33,817 nt of DNA. Source: Terriglobia bacterium. GTDB lineage: Bacteria; Acidobacteriota; Terriglobia; UBA7540. Both the position numbers and the translations under genes were made by a program. Shown in pieces: positions 8,995 to 16,420 of this stretch (positions within the stretch are counted from its first letter, which is position 1; every line of letters begins with the position of its first letter). The notes beneath the pieces were generated by a model. The model had not been told where the DNA came from and made no database searches. It worked only from the letters and a program-made list of their open reading frames with translations. The stretch spans positions 1 through 33,817 of the forward strand of contig JBOGKI010000001.1 in the NCBI GenBank assembly GCA_050745605.1, written 5' to 3'.

Positions 8995-10530
8995 ATGCCA
9001 GTCACGGTCACCTATCCAGGCGTCTACATCGAAGAAATCCCCAGCGGCGTCCACACGATTACGGGCGTCGCCACGTCGATTGCGGCTTTCGTGGGCTGGG
9101 CACCCCAGGGCCCCACCGACTCGGCGCAACTGGTCCTGAGCTGGCCCGACTATTACCGGCAGTATGGCGGTCTCGACTCGCGCAGCCTGCTCGGCTACGC
9201 GGTATCGCAGTTCTTTGGCAACGGCGGCACACAGGCTTACATCATTCGGGTGGTGGCGAGCGATGCTGCGACTGCGAGCACCAGCCCGACGGTGGCCGCC
9301 GGCACGCTGACGATCTCGGCTCAGAGTCAGGGCGGGTGGGCGAACAGCTACGGCATCCTGATCAAGAACCAAAGCGGAGGCACCAACCGTTTCCGATTGC
9401 AGATTGCTTACGCGCCGTCGGGCACTCCGACGCCACCACCGGTCGTGGTGGAGTCTTTTGAAAACCTCTCGATGACCAGTCCCGATATCCAGGGACGCTA
9501 CATTGCAGACATCGTCAACGCGCAATCGAACTTTGTCACCGTGGCCGTGACCGGCACGCCGACAGCGCCGCCCGCTGACATCACCACCCCGCAGAACCTG
9601 GCGGGCGGTAAAGATGGAACGGTGCTCACTCCAGGCACTTCCACCGGAACCTTTGAAAACGCGGTGCTCCCAGGCAGCGGAGCGGGGGGTGTGCACTTTT
9701 TGGAGCACGTGGACCTGTTCAATCTGCTGTGCGTTCCGGGTGAAGGTGATCCCACCACTCTTTCCTCGCTCGAGACCTTTTGCCGCGCTCACCGTGCTTT
9801 TCTGATTGCCGACTGCGCCGAGGCCGATACGCTCACGACCCTGCAGAATGGCCCGAGCTCCAGCATCACGGGCAATGACGGCATCAATGCGGCTTTCTAC
9901 TTCCCCTGGATCAATGCGCCGGACCCGCTGAACCAAGGGGGGACGGGCCCGTTCCCGCCTGGCGGCTTTGTGGCCGGTATCTATGCCGCGACTGACGGCA
10001 GCCGGGGCGTTTGGAAGGCTCCGGCGGGGACGGCAGCAAGTTTGACGGGCGTACTCGGTGTCAGCGTTCCCTTGAACGATCCCGAAAACGGCATCTTGAA
10101 TCCCGTAGCGGTGAACTGCATCCGCAACTTCAGCGTCTACGGCACGGTAGTGTGGGGCGCGCGCACGCTTCAGGGCAATGACGAAATCGGTTCGGAATGG
10201 AAGTACGTTCCCGTCCGCCGCACGGCGCTTTACATCGAAGAGAGTCTGTATCGCGGCACCAAGTGGGCGGTGTTCGAGCCGAATGACGAACCGCTCTGGT
10301 CACAACTGCGGCTGAACGTCGGGGCGTTCATGCACGACCTGTTCCGCAAAGGCGCCTTCCAGGGGCAGACGCCGCAAGACGCTTACTTCGTGAAGTGCGA
10401 CAGCACCACGACCACCCAGAGCGATATCAACTTGGGAATCGTGAACATTGTGGTCGGCTTTGCTCCGCTCAAACCCGCCGAGTTTGTGGTCATTCAGATC
10501 CAGCAGATGGCCGGCCAGATTGCTACGTAA
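8995..10530 (+). CDS. contractile tail sheath protein (Afp2-4/Pvc2-4-like)
   Basis: The N-terminus MPVTVTYPGVYIEEIPSGVHTITGVATSIAAFVGWAPQGP is the canonical phage-sheath signature. 511 aa. Start taken at the ATG behind GAGGGAGGA rather than the ORF-track start at 8902. Confidence 0.93.
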   Translation: MPVTVTYPGVYIEEIPSGVHTITGVATSIAAFVGWAPQGPTDSAQLVLSWPDYYRQYGGLDSRSLLGYAVSQFFGNGGTQAYIIRVVASDAATASTSPTVAAGTLTISAQSQGGWANSYGILIKNQSGGTNRFRLQIAYAPSGTPTPPPVVVESFENLSMTSPDIQGRYIADIVNAQSNFVTVAVTGTPTAPPADITTPQNLAGGKDGTVLTPGTSTGTFENAVLPGSGAGGVHFLEHVDLFNLLCVPGEGDPTTLSSLETFCRAHRAFLIADCAEADTLTTLQNGPSSSITGNDGINAAFYFPWINAPDPLNQGGTGPFPPGGFVAGIYAATDGSRGVWKAPAGTAASLTGVLGVSVPLNDPENGILNPVAVNCIRNFSVYGTVVWGARTLQGNDEIGSEWKYVPVRRTALYIEESLYRGTKWAVFEPNDEPLWSQLRLNVGAFMHDLFRKGAFQGQTPQDAYFVKCDSTTTTQSDINLGIVNIVVGFAPLKPAEFVVIQIQQMAGQIAT

Positions 10531-10562
10531 GCACGCGACGTAAGGACGCAAGGAGGACTTTC

Positions 10563-11090
10563 ATGGCTGAATTTACCGTTAACGCCCAGCGCTTCGACCC
10601 GTACAAGAACTTCAAGTTCCGGCTGAAGTGGGACAACACCTATGTGGCCGGGGTAAGCAAGGTCAGCATGCTGAAGCGGACCACTGAGGTGGTGAAACAC
10701 CGCGAAGGCGGCGACCCTTCAAGCAGCCGCAAATCGCCCGGGCGTACCGAATACGACGCCATCACGCTGGAGCGCGGTGTGACCCACGATTTGGCGTTTG
10801 AGCAATGGGCCGGCAAGGTTTGGGCTCTCGGCAACGGGCTGGGGCAGGAAGTGTCCCTGAAAGACTTCCGGAAAGACATCACGATTGAGGTTTATAACGA
10901 GGCTGGCCAGAAGGCCCTGGCCTACAACGTTCACCGTTGCTGGGTGTCAGAGTACCAGGCGATGCCGGACTTTGACGCCAACGCCAACGCCGTGGCCATC
11001 CAGCATATCAAGCTGGAGAACGAAGGCTGGGAGCGGGACCTTTCGGTAACGGAGCCCACCGAGCCGTCCTTCAACGTCCCGACAGGATAA
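10563..11090 (+). CDS. tail tube protein (T4 gp19-like, Afp1/5-like)
   Basis: FDPYKNFKFRLKWDNTYVAGVSKVS...HREGGDPSSSRKSPGRTEYDAITLERGVTHD is typical of the gp19-like 'conserved phage tail region' tube family. AAGGAGGA Shine-Dalgarno before the ATG at 10563. Confidence 0.9.
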   Translation: MAEFTVNAQRFDPYKNFKFRLKWDNTYVAGVSKVSMLKRTTEVVKHREGGDPSSSRKSPGRTEYDAITLERGVTHDLAFEQWAGKVWALGNGLGQEVSLKDFRKDITIEVYNEAGQKALAYNVHRCWVSEYQAMPDFDANANAVAIQHIKLENEGWERDLSVTEPTEPSFNVPTG

Positions 11091-11096
11091 CAGAAG

Positions 11097-11831
11097 ATGC
11101 GCGCGCTGTCGGCGTCGGAGCTTCTGGAAGTGTGGGAGCGTGGGCTGGTTCAGGGACCGGTGGAGCGGGCGCTGACACTGTGGGGAGCGGCCTGCCCGGA
11201 GACGCCGCGCGAGGGCCTGGCCGCGCTCAGTATCGGACGCCGGGATGCCGGCCTGCTGACGCTCCGCGAATGGACTTTCGGTCCTCAATTGGCCAGTCTG
11301 GCAACCTGCCCCCACTGCGGCCAGCAACTCGAACTCACTTTCAACGTCGAGGACATACGCGTGACCCCGGCGGCGGAACCGGCCGCGGAGTCTATGATGA
11401 CGGTGGCCGGTTACGAGCTGCAGTTCCGGCCGCCGAACAGTATGGATATCGCTGCGGCCGTTGACGGGTCCGGGACCGGTCGCGAGCGAAGGACGTTGTT
11501 TGAGCGCTGTCTGATGGCGGCTCGCTGGCAGGGCGAACCGGCAACGCCGGACGAACTGCCGCCGGAGGTGGTTGACGCCATGGTGGACGGGATGGCTGCG
11601 ATGGATCCTCAAGCCGACATTGAGCTCAGCATCTTGTGTCCGTCGTGCGGCCAGCGATGGCACGCGGTGTTTGACATCGTCTCCTTCTTCTGGAGTGAGA
11701 TCGACGCTTGGGCCCGCCGGATACTGCGCGAGGTCCACGTCCTGGCGTCCGCCTATGGCTGGGGCGAGCGTGAGATTCTGGCTTTGAGCCCGTGGCGGCG
11801 GCAACTCTACCTTGAGATGGTGGGCGGATGA
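11097..11831 (+). CDS. CIS-associated protein with two CxxC pairs (putative split zinc ribbon), function unknown
   Basis: 244-aa ORF 6 nt after the tube gene. CPHC at aa 71-74 and CPSC at aa 181-184. Its stop overlaps the next start (ATGA). No family name recalled. Confidence 0.75.
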   Translation: MRALSASELLEVWERGLVQGPVERALTLWGAACPETPREGLAALSIGRRDAGLLTLREWTFGPQLASLATCPHCGQQLELTFNVEDIRVTPAAEPAAESMMTVAGYELQFRPPNSMDIAAAVDGSGTGRERRTLFERCLMAARWQGEPATPDELPPEVVDAMVDGMAAMDPQADIELSILCPSCGQRWHAVFDIVSFFWSEIDAWARRILREVHVLASAYGWGEREILALSPWRRQLYLEMVGG

Positions 11832-12694
11832 GCGACTTCCTGGCGCATCTGGCGGCAAGAAGCTCGGGGTCGGGCGAGATCATCAGGCCGCGAGTCGCCT
11901 CGCTTTTTGAACCGTTGCCGTCGCCTGTCGGGCCCATCGGGCTGGGCGGCGGATTCCCGACGGCCTCAGAACCGTTTGTTACCGAGCGTCCGGTATTCGA
12001 GGAGAGCGAGGCCCGTGTTTCGGCCGAGCGGTCCGCAAGTCCTGTGGCCGGATTGTCGAACGCACGGACGGAGGGCCGGCCGGACGAGCGTCTGCCGCAG
12101 GGCCGTTTGCCGACGCGGGACTTTGCCTCGCTGCCGCGTCCAGGAGTACAACTCGTGGCTGAGGAAGCCCTTTCCCAACTGCCGGGCTCCGAGGCTCCAT
12201 GGCCTCGGTCCGCGGGGAACGTTGTGCGGGTCTCGGCCGCGCTGCCGGCGGAATCCCCTGGCGACCGCGCGCCCAGCAGCTTGCAAACGCCCAAGCTGGG
12301 AAGCGACCGCAAACCGCCCGCCGGGGACAGTCGCGAGGCTCGATCGCAGGGGCCTGAACACAAGCCTCCCCTTGACGGAAATCGAGATCCGGACAGCCGT
12401 CCCAGCGAGCTCTCTCTCCTTTCCAGACCGAACCCGGCCGACGCGATTCTGCAGCCACACCTCAAGGCCGCGCCCCAGACCGACCATCCGTGGCCGAAGC
12501 GGGCGCGACCGGCGGTGGAACCAGAGCCTACGATTCAAGTGACCATCGGCCGCATCGAGGTGCGAGCGACGTCAACGCCAGCCCCAGCGTCTGCGAAGGA
12601 ACGCCAGGTGCCTCGCGTCATGAGTCTGGATGAGTACTTGCAGCGCCGAAGCGGTCGAGGCGGCGGCCGAGGTGGCGCCGGAGGCGGCGAGTGA
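11828..12694 (+). CDS. disordered Pro/Ser/Arg-rich protein, candidate tape-measure/length-determining protein
   Basis: 288 aa and low complexity, except for the N-terminal FLAHLAARSSGSGEIIRPR and the C-terminal TIQVTIGRIEVRA...MSLDEYLQRR followed by GRGGGRGGAGGGE. Both ends are translationally coupled. The functional call rests on position only. Confidence 0.55.
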   Translation: MSDFLAHLAARSSGSGEIIRPRVASLFEPLPSPVGPIGLGGGFPTASEPFVTERPVFEESEARVSAERSASPVAGLSNARTEGRPDERLPQGRLPTRDFASLPRPGVQLVAEEALSQLPGSEAPWPRSAGNVVRVSAALPAESPGDRAPSSLQTPKLGSDRKPPAGDSREARSQGPEHKPPLDGNRDPDSRPSELSLLSRPNPADAILQPHLKAAPQTDHPWPKRARPAVEPEPTIQVTIGRIEVRATSTPAPASAKERQVPRVMSLDEYLQRRSGRGGGRGGAGGGE

Positions 12695-13908
12695 GCAACG
12701 CCTTGGCCATCGCCGCCGTGACTGCCACCCTTGAGGCCATCGTCGGGAAGGCCGTGACCGCCGACCCCGACCTGAACGATACCCAGATGACAGCGCTGCC
12801 ACCAGACAAGGCGCGCGGCGCCATCACCACCAATCAACTCAACCTGTTTCTCTACCAGATTCTGCCTGACGCGGCCTGGCGCAACATGGATGTCCCGACA
12901 CAGGTGAAGCCCGGCGAAACCGGCATGCCACCGCTGGCCCTGACCCTGCATTACCTGATGACGGCCTACGCTCGCGAAAACGACACCAGCGAGCCGTTTG
13001 ACCACCATCTGCTCGGCAAAGCCATGAGCGTCCTTTACGATCACGCCCTGCTCGGTCCGGACGAAATCAAGCTGGCTCTGCCGGGGAGCGGCCTGGAGCG
13101 CCAGGTGGAGCGGGCGCGCATCACCCTGCAGCCCCTGTCGGTGGAGGAGATTTCCAAGCTGTGGACGGGTTTCGCCACCCAGTACCGGCTCTCGGTGGGC
13201 TACGAAGTTTCTGTCGCGCTGATTGACAGCACCCAGCCGGTGAAGACGCCATTGCCGGTGTTGACGCGCGGAACACAGGACCGGGGACCGTCCTCGCAGG
13301 CGGACCTGATTCCTCCGTTTCCGGCTCTTGACACCGTGCTACTCCCCAACCAGCAGCCGAGCGCCAGGCTGGGCGATACGCTCACCCTCGCCGGTCACGA
13401 CCTGGACGGCACCAACCTGGGGGTGATGTTCGACCACGCGCTGTGGACGAGTCCGCAGGAAGTCGCGCCCAGCCCCGGCGGCACTTCCACCCAACTTACC
13501 GTGACGATTCCCAACCTGCCGGCGGCGTGGCCGGCAGGCTTTTACACCCTGGCGGTGCTCGTGCAGCGGCCGGGCGAGACGTATCGCCGGACTACGAATC
13601 AGCTCTCGTTTTCGCTTGCACCCGGCATCGCCATTGCGCCCAACACGGCCCCGGCGGGGAACGTGACGTTCACCGTGACCTGCAGCCCCGAGGTCTGGCC
13701 GCAGCAGAGCGTGTCATTGCTCCTGGGCGACCAGGATCTTCCCTCGCCCTCCGTCCTCAGCAAGACCGCCACCTTGACGTTCACTACCAGCCTGGTGAAG
13801 GGCGATTATTTTGTCCGCTTGCGCGTGGATGGCGTGGACAGCCTGCTGGTGGATCGTTCCGTCACCCCACCGGTATTCGATCCGACGCAGAAGGTGACAA
13901 TTACATGA
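12691..13908 (+). CDS. DUF4255 (Pvc16/Afp16-like) tail terminator/cap protein with C-terminal extension
   Basis: GTG start overlapping the upstream TGA. MSNALAIAAVTATLEAIV... and NQLNLFLYQILPDAAWRN match my memory of DUF4255 proteins. The C-terminal ~200 aa is beta-rich and looks like two Ig/IPT-like repeats. Confidence 0.8.
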   Translation: MSNALAIAAVTATLEAIVGKAVTADPDLNDTQMTALPPDKARGAITTNQLNLFLYQILPDAAWRNMDVPTQVKPGETGMPPLALTLHYLMTAYARENDTSEPFDHHLLGKAMSVLYDHALLGPDEIKLALPGSGLERQVERARITLQPLSVEEISKLWTGFATQYRLSVGYEVSVALIDSTQPVKTPLPVLTRGTQDRGPSSQADLIPPFPALDTVLLPNQQPSARLGDTLTLAGHDLDGTNLGVMFDHALWTSPQEVAPSPGGTSTQLTVTIPNLPAAWPAGFYTLAVLVQRPGETYRRTTNQLSFSLAPGIAIAPNTAPAGNVTFTVTCSPEVWPQQSVSLLLGDQDLPSPSVLSKTATLTFTTSLVKGDYFVRLRVDGVDSLLVDRSVTPPVFDPTQKVTIT

Positions 13909-16049
13909 GCGACTTGACAAGCTGGCAGGAAGGCAACGAACGCTATCTTTCGGCCGCGCTGGCCTGGTTGCGCGCACGGCTGGAGCGGCAGGCCGGCCAC
14001 GGTCAGGGGGCGCTCGCCTTGTCTCTCCCGCAGCCTCGGCCTCAAGTTCAGCCTCAGGCCGGAAGCAGGTCGCTCTGGACCCAACTCATTCGGCGGCCGG
14101 CCTCGGCTCCGGTAGCGAGAACGCCTTCGCTGCTTCCGCCGGCGCGGGGACACGACGCGGACGAGCGCGTGGCGCAAGCGGCCGCCGCCATGCTCACCGC
14201 CGCGGCGCAGCCGGGCCATCCACCGGCGCTGACGTTGCTGGGACAGCAGCTCGGCTTGTCGCGGTTTGACCAGGAACTTCTGTTGCTGTGTGCGGCGATG
14301 GAGCTCGATACCGGCACTGCGTCACTTTGCGCGCGCGCTCAAGGCGATCCAAGCCGGCCCTACCCGACCTTCGCTCTGGCCCTGGCGCTGTTCGACGAGC
14401 CGGCGTGGGGCGCCCTTTCACCCGAGCACCCGCTGCGTTACTGGCGCCTGATTGAGATCACCCAGCCGGCGGGCCTGCCGCTCACGACGAGCCCTTTGCG
14501 CGCCGACGAACGCATCGTGAATTACCTCAAGGGGCTGAACTATCTTGATGACCGGCTGGGTTCCCTCGTGGCGCCGCTTGACATGGCGGGCGGCGAAGCC
14601 GGTCTGCCGCCCTCGCAACAGACGAGCGTCGCCGCGATTGCGGGCCATCTGAAGCCCGGTCGGAATCTCGCCGCGGTCCAGTTGTTGGGGGCTGACCCCG
14701 CCAGCAAGCAACTGGTGGCAACGCAGGCCGCGGCCGCTCTCGGCCTGCGCGTATACCGGTTGCCCGCCACGCTCATCCCCGCCCAAGCCGTCGAGCTCGA
14801 GACCCTGGCGCGGTTGTGGCAAAGGGAGAGCCTGCTGCTGCCGATCGCGCTCTACGTGGACGCGCTGGGGTCCGAGACGGACGCTCCATCTGCCGGGCAG
14901 GCGTCTCCGCTCAGTCGTCTGCTGGGCCGTCTCAGTGGCAGCGTCGTGTTCCTCGACACGCGTGACCTGTGGCCCGGCCTGGCACAAGGCAGTCTGGCGG
15001 TCGACGTAAGCAAGCCGACTGCCGCCGAACAGCGGGCCGCCTGGACCGCAGCCCTAGGTGAAACGGCGGGCGAAGCCCCGGCCAAACTGGCCGGCCAGTT
15101 CAACCTCGGGCTTTCCGAAATCCAGCAGATTGCCCATAAGGCGCTCTCCGAACCGGCCACCGAGGAACGCCCCATACCCGACCGCCTTTGGGATGCCTGC
15201 CTCGCTGGCACCCGCCCGCGGCTGGACATGTTGGCCCAGCGCCTCGAGCCCAAGGCCACCTGGGATGACATCGTGCTGCCGACAGCGGAGAGCAATCTGT
15301 TGCGCCAAATCGCCGCCCAGGTCGGGCAGCGGAGCACGGTGTATCAGTCCTGGGGATTTGGTGACAAGATGAGCCGCGGCCTCGGGATCAGCGCCCTCTT
15401 TACGGGCGACGCGGGCACCGGCAAGACCATGGCGGCCGAGGTCATCGCCAACGAGCTGCGCCTGAACCTCTACCGCATCGACCTCTCCGCCGTGGTGAGC
15501 AAGTATATCGGCGAAACGGAGAAGAATCTGCGCCGGCTCTTCGATGCCGCGGAAGACGGCGGCGCGATTCTCTTCTTTGACGAGGCCGACGCCCTTTTCG
15601 GCAAACGCAGTGAAGTGAAAGACAGTCACGACCGCTACGCCAACATCGAGATCAACTACCTACTGCAACGCATGGAAGCCTACCGCGGCCTCGCCATTCT
15701 GGCCACCAACATGAAGAGTGCCCTCGATCCCGCGTTCATGCGCCGGCTCCGCTTCGTTGTGGGCTTCCCGTTTCCCCGCGTCACCGAACGCAAAGTGATT
15801 TGGCAGAAAGTGTTTCCGCCCCGGGTGCCGGCGGCCGGGCTCGACTTCGATCGTCTCGCGCGCTTGAACTTGACCGGCGGCAACATCCAGAGCATTGCGC
15901 TCAATGCCGCCTTTACGGCGGCGCAGGCCGGAACGCCGGTGACGCAGCCCTTAGTCCTGGACGCGGCTCGCACGGAACTGCGCAAGCTCGGACGCGTGGT
16001 CAACGAGCTGGAGTTTCGCGGCCAGGCAGCGGCTGGAAGGGTGGCATGA
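13905..16049 (+). CDS. AAA+ ATPase (Afp15/Pvc15-like CIS assembly ATPase)
   Basis: Walker A GDAGTGKT (15405-15428), Walker B ILFFDEADALF, and LAILATNMKSALDPAFMRRL (sensor/Arg-finger region) in the C-terminal third. Large N-terminal domain of unknown fold. Start at the ATGA overlap (MSDLTSWQEG...). Confidence 0.9.
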   Translation: MSDLTSWQEGNERYLSAALAWLRARLERQAGHGQGALALSLPQPRPQVQPQAGSRSLWTQLIRRPASAPVARTPSLLPPARGHDADERVAQAAAAMLTAAAQPGHPPALTLLGQQLGLSRFDQELLLLCAAMELDTGTASLCARAQGDPSRPYPTFALALALFDEPAWGALSPEHPLRYWRLIEITQPAGLPLTTSPLRADERIVNYLKGLNYLDDRLGSLVAPLDMAGGEAGLPPSQQTSVAAIAGHLKPGRNLAAVQLLGADPASKQLVATQAAAALGLRVYRLPATLIPAQAVELETLARLWQRESLLLPIALYVDALGSETDAPSAGQASPLSRLLGRLSGSVVFLDTRDLWPGLAQGSLAVDVSKPTAAEQRAAWTAALGETAGEAPAKLAGQFNLGLSEIQQIAHKALSEPATEERPIPDRLWDACLAGTRPRLDMLAQRLEPKATWDDIVLPTAESNLLRQIAAQVGQRSTVYQSWGFGDKMSRGLGISALFTGDAGTGKTMAAEVIANELRLNLYRIDLSAVVSKYIGETEKNLRRLFDAAEDGGAILFFDEADALFGKRSEVKDSHDRYANIEINYLLQRMEAYRGLAILATNMKSALDPAFMRRLRFVVGFPFPRVTERKVIWQKVFPPRVPAAGLDFDRLARLNLTGGNIQSIALNAAFTAAQAGTPVTQPLVLDAARTELRKLGRVVNELEFRGQAAAGRVA

Positions 16050-16420
16050 AAATCAACGTTCGCATCGAGCGGCTGATTCTGGACGGCCTGCCCGTTGCGA
16101 CACTGCAGGGTCCGCAGGTCGCACGCGGTGTCGAAAAGGAACTGGCGCGCCTGCTCGCGGTGAATGGGTTGTCCGACGAGCTTCGAGGCGGCATCGCCGT
16201 CCCTAGCGTGCACGCCGGGGCCGTCCGGCTTGGCAAAGAGACTCAACCGGCAAGATTGGGGCAGAGCATCGCGCGTGCCGTTCACGAAGGCATTGGGAAC
16301 TGTGGTGCAGGCATCTTGCCTGCAGAAGACAGGGTTCGTAGCATTGCAGCCTGGAAGGCTGCACCACAAGAAGGGACGAGGCCTGTGCACCTTCCAGAGC
16401 CGGGAGGGAGTCCGCGATGA
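16046..16420 (+). CDS. small hypothetical protein coupled between the ATPase and the DUF4157 gene
   Basis: 124-aa ORF (MKINVRIERLILDGLPVATLQGPQ...) with ATGA overlaps at both ends. No family recognised. Confidence 0.6.
   Translation: MKINVRIERLILDGLPVATLQGPQVARGVEKELARLLAVNGLSDELRGGIAVPSVHAGAVRLGKETQPARLGQSIARAVHEGIGNCGAGILPAEDRVRSIAAWKAAPQEGTRPVHLPEPGGSPR

Noticed and set aside
8667-9011. N-terminal extension of the LuxR ORF to 333 aa (ORF-track 8010-9011)
   Set aside because: The extension would overlap the sheath gene start and its promoter, has no REC or other motif, and is compositionally odd. The internal ATG at 8666 has a Shine-Dalgarno and gives a normal-length REC+HTH protein.
11097-11831. 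Programmed -1 frameshift of the E/E+E' or G/GT type in the gene at the tail-chaperone position
   Set aside because: I found no XXXYYYZ slippery heptamer. The overlapping alternative-frame ORFs (11132-11464, 11572-11787) look like GC-shadow ORFs.
13443-13904. N-terminal extension of the AAA+ ATPase ORF to 868 aa
   Set aside because: It overlaps the well-supported C-terminus of the DUF4255 gene in another frame and translates to Arg/Pro/Gly-rich junk. The ATG at 13905 forms the ATGA overlap typical of this operon.
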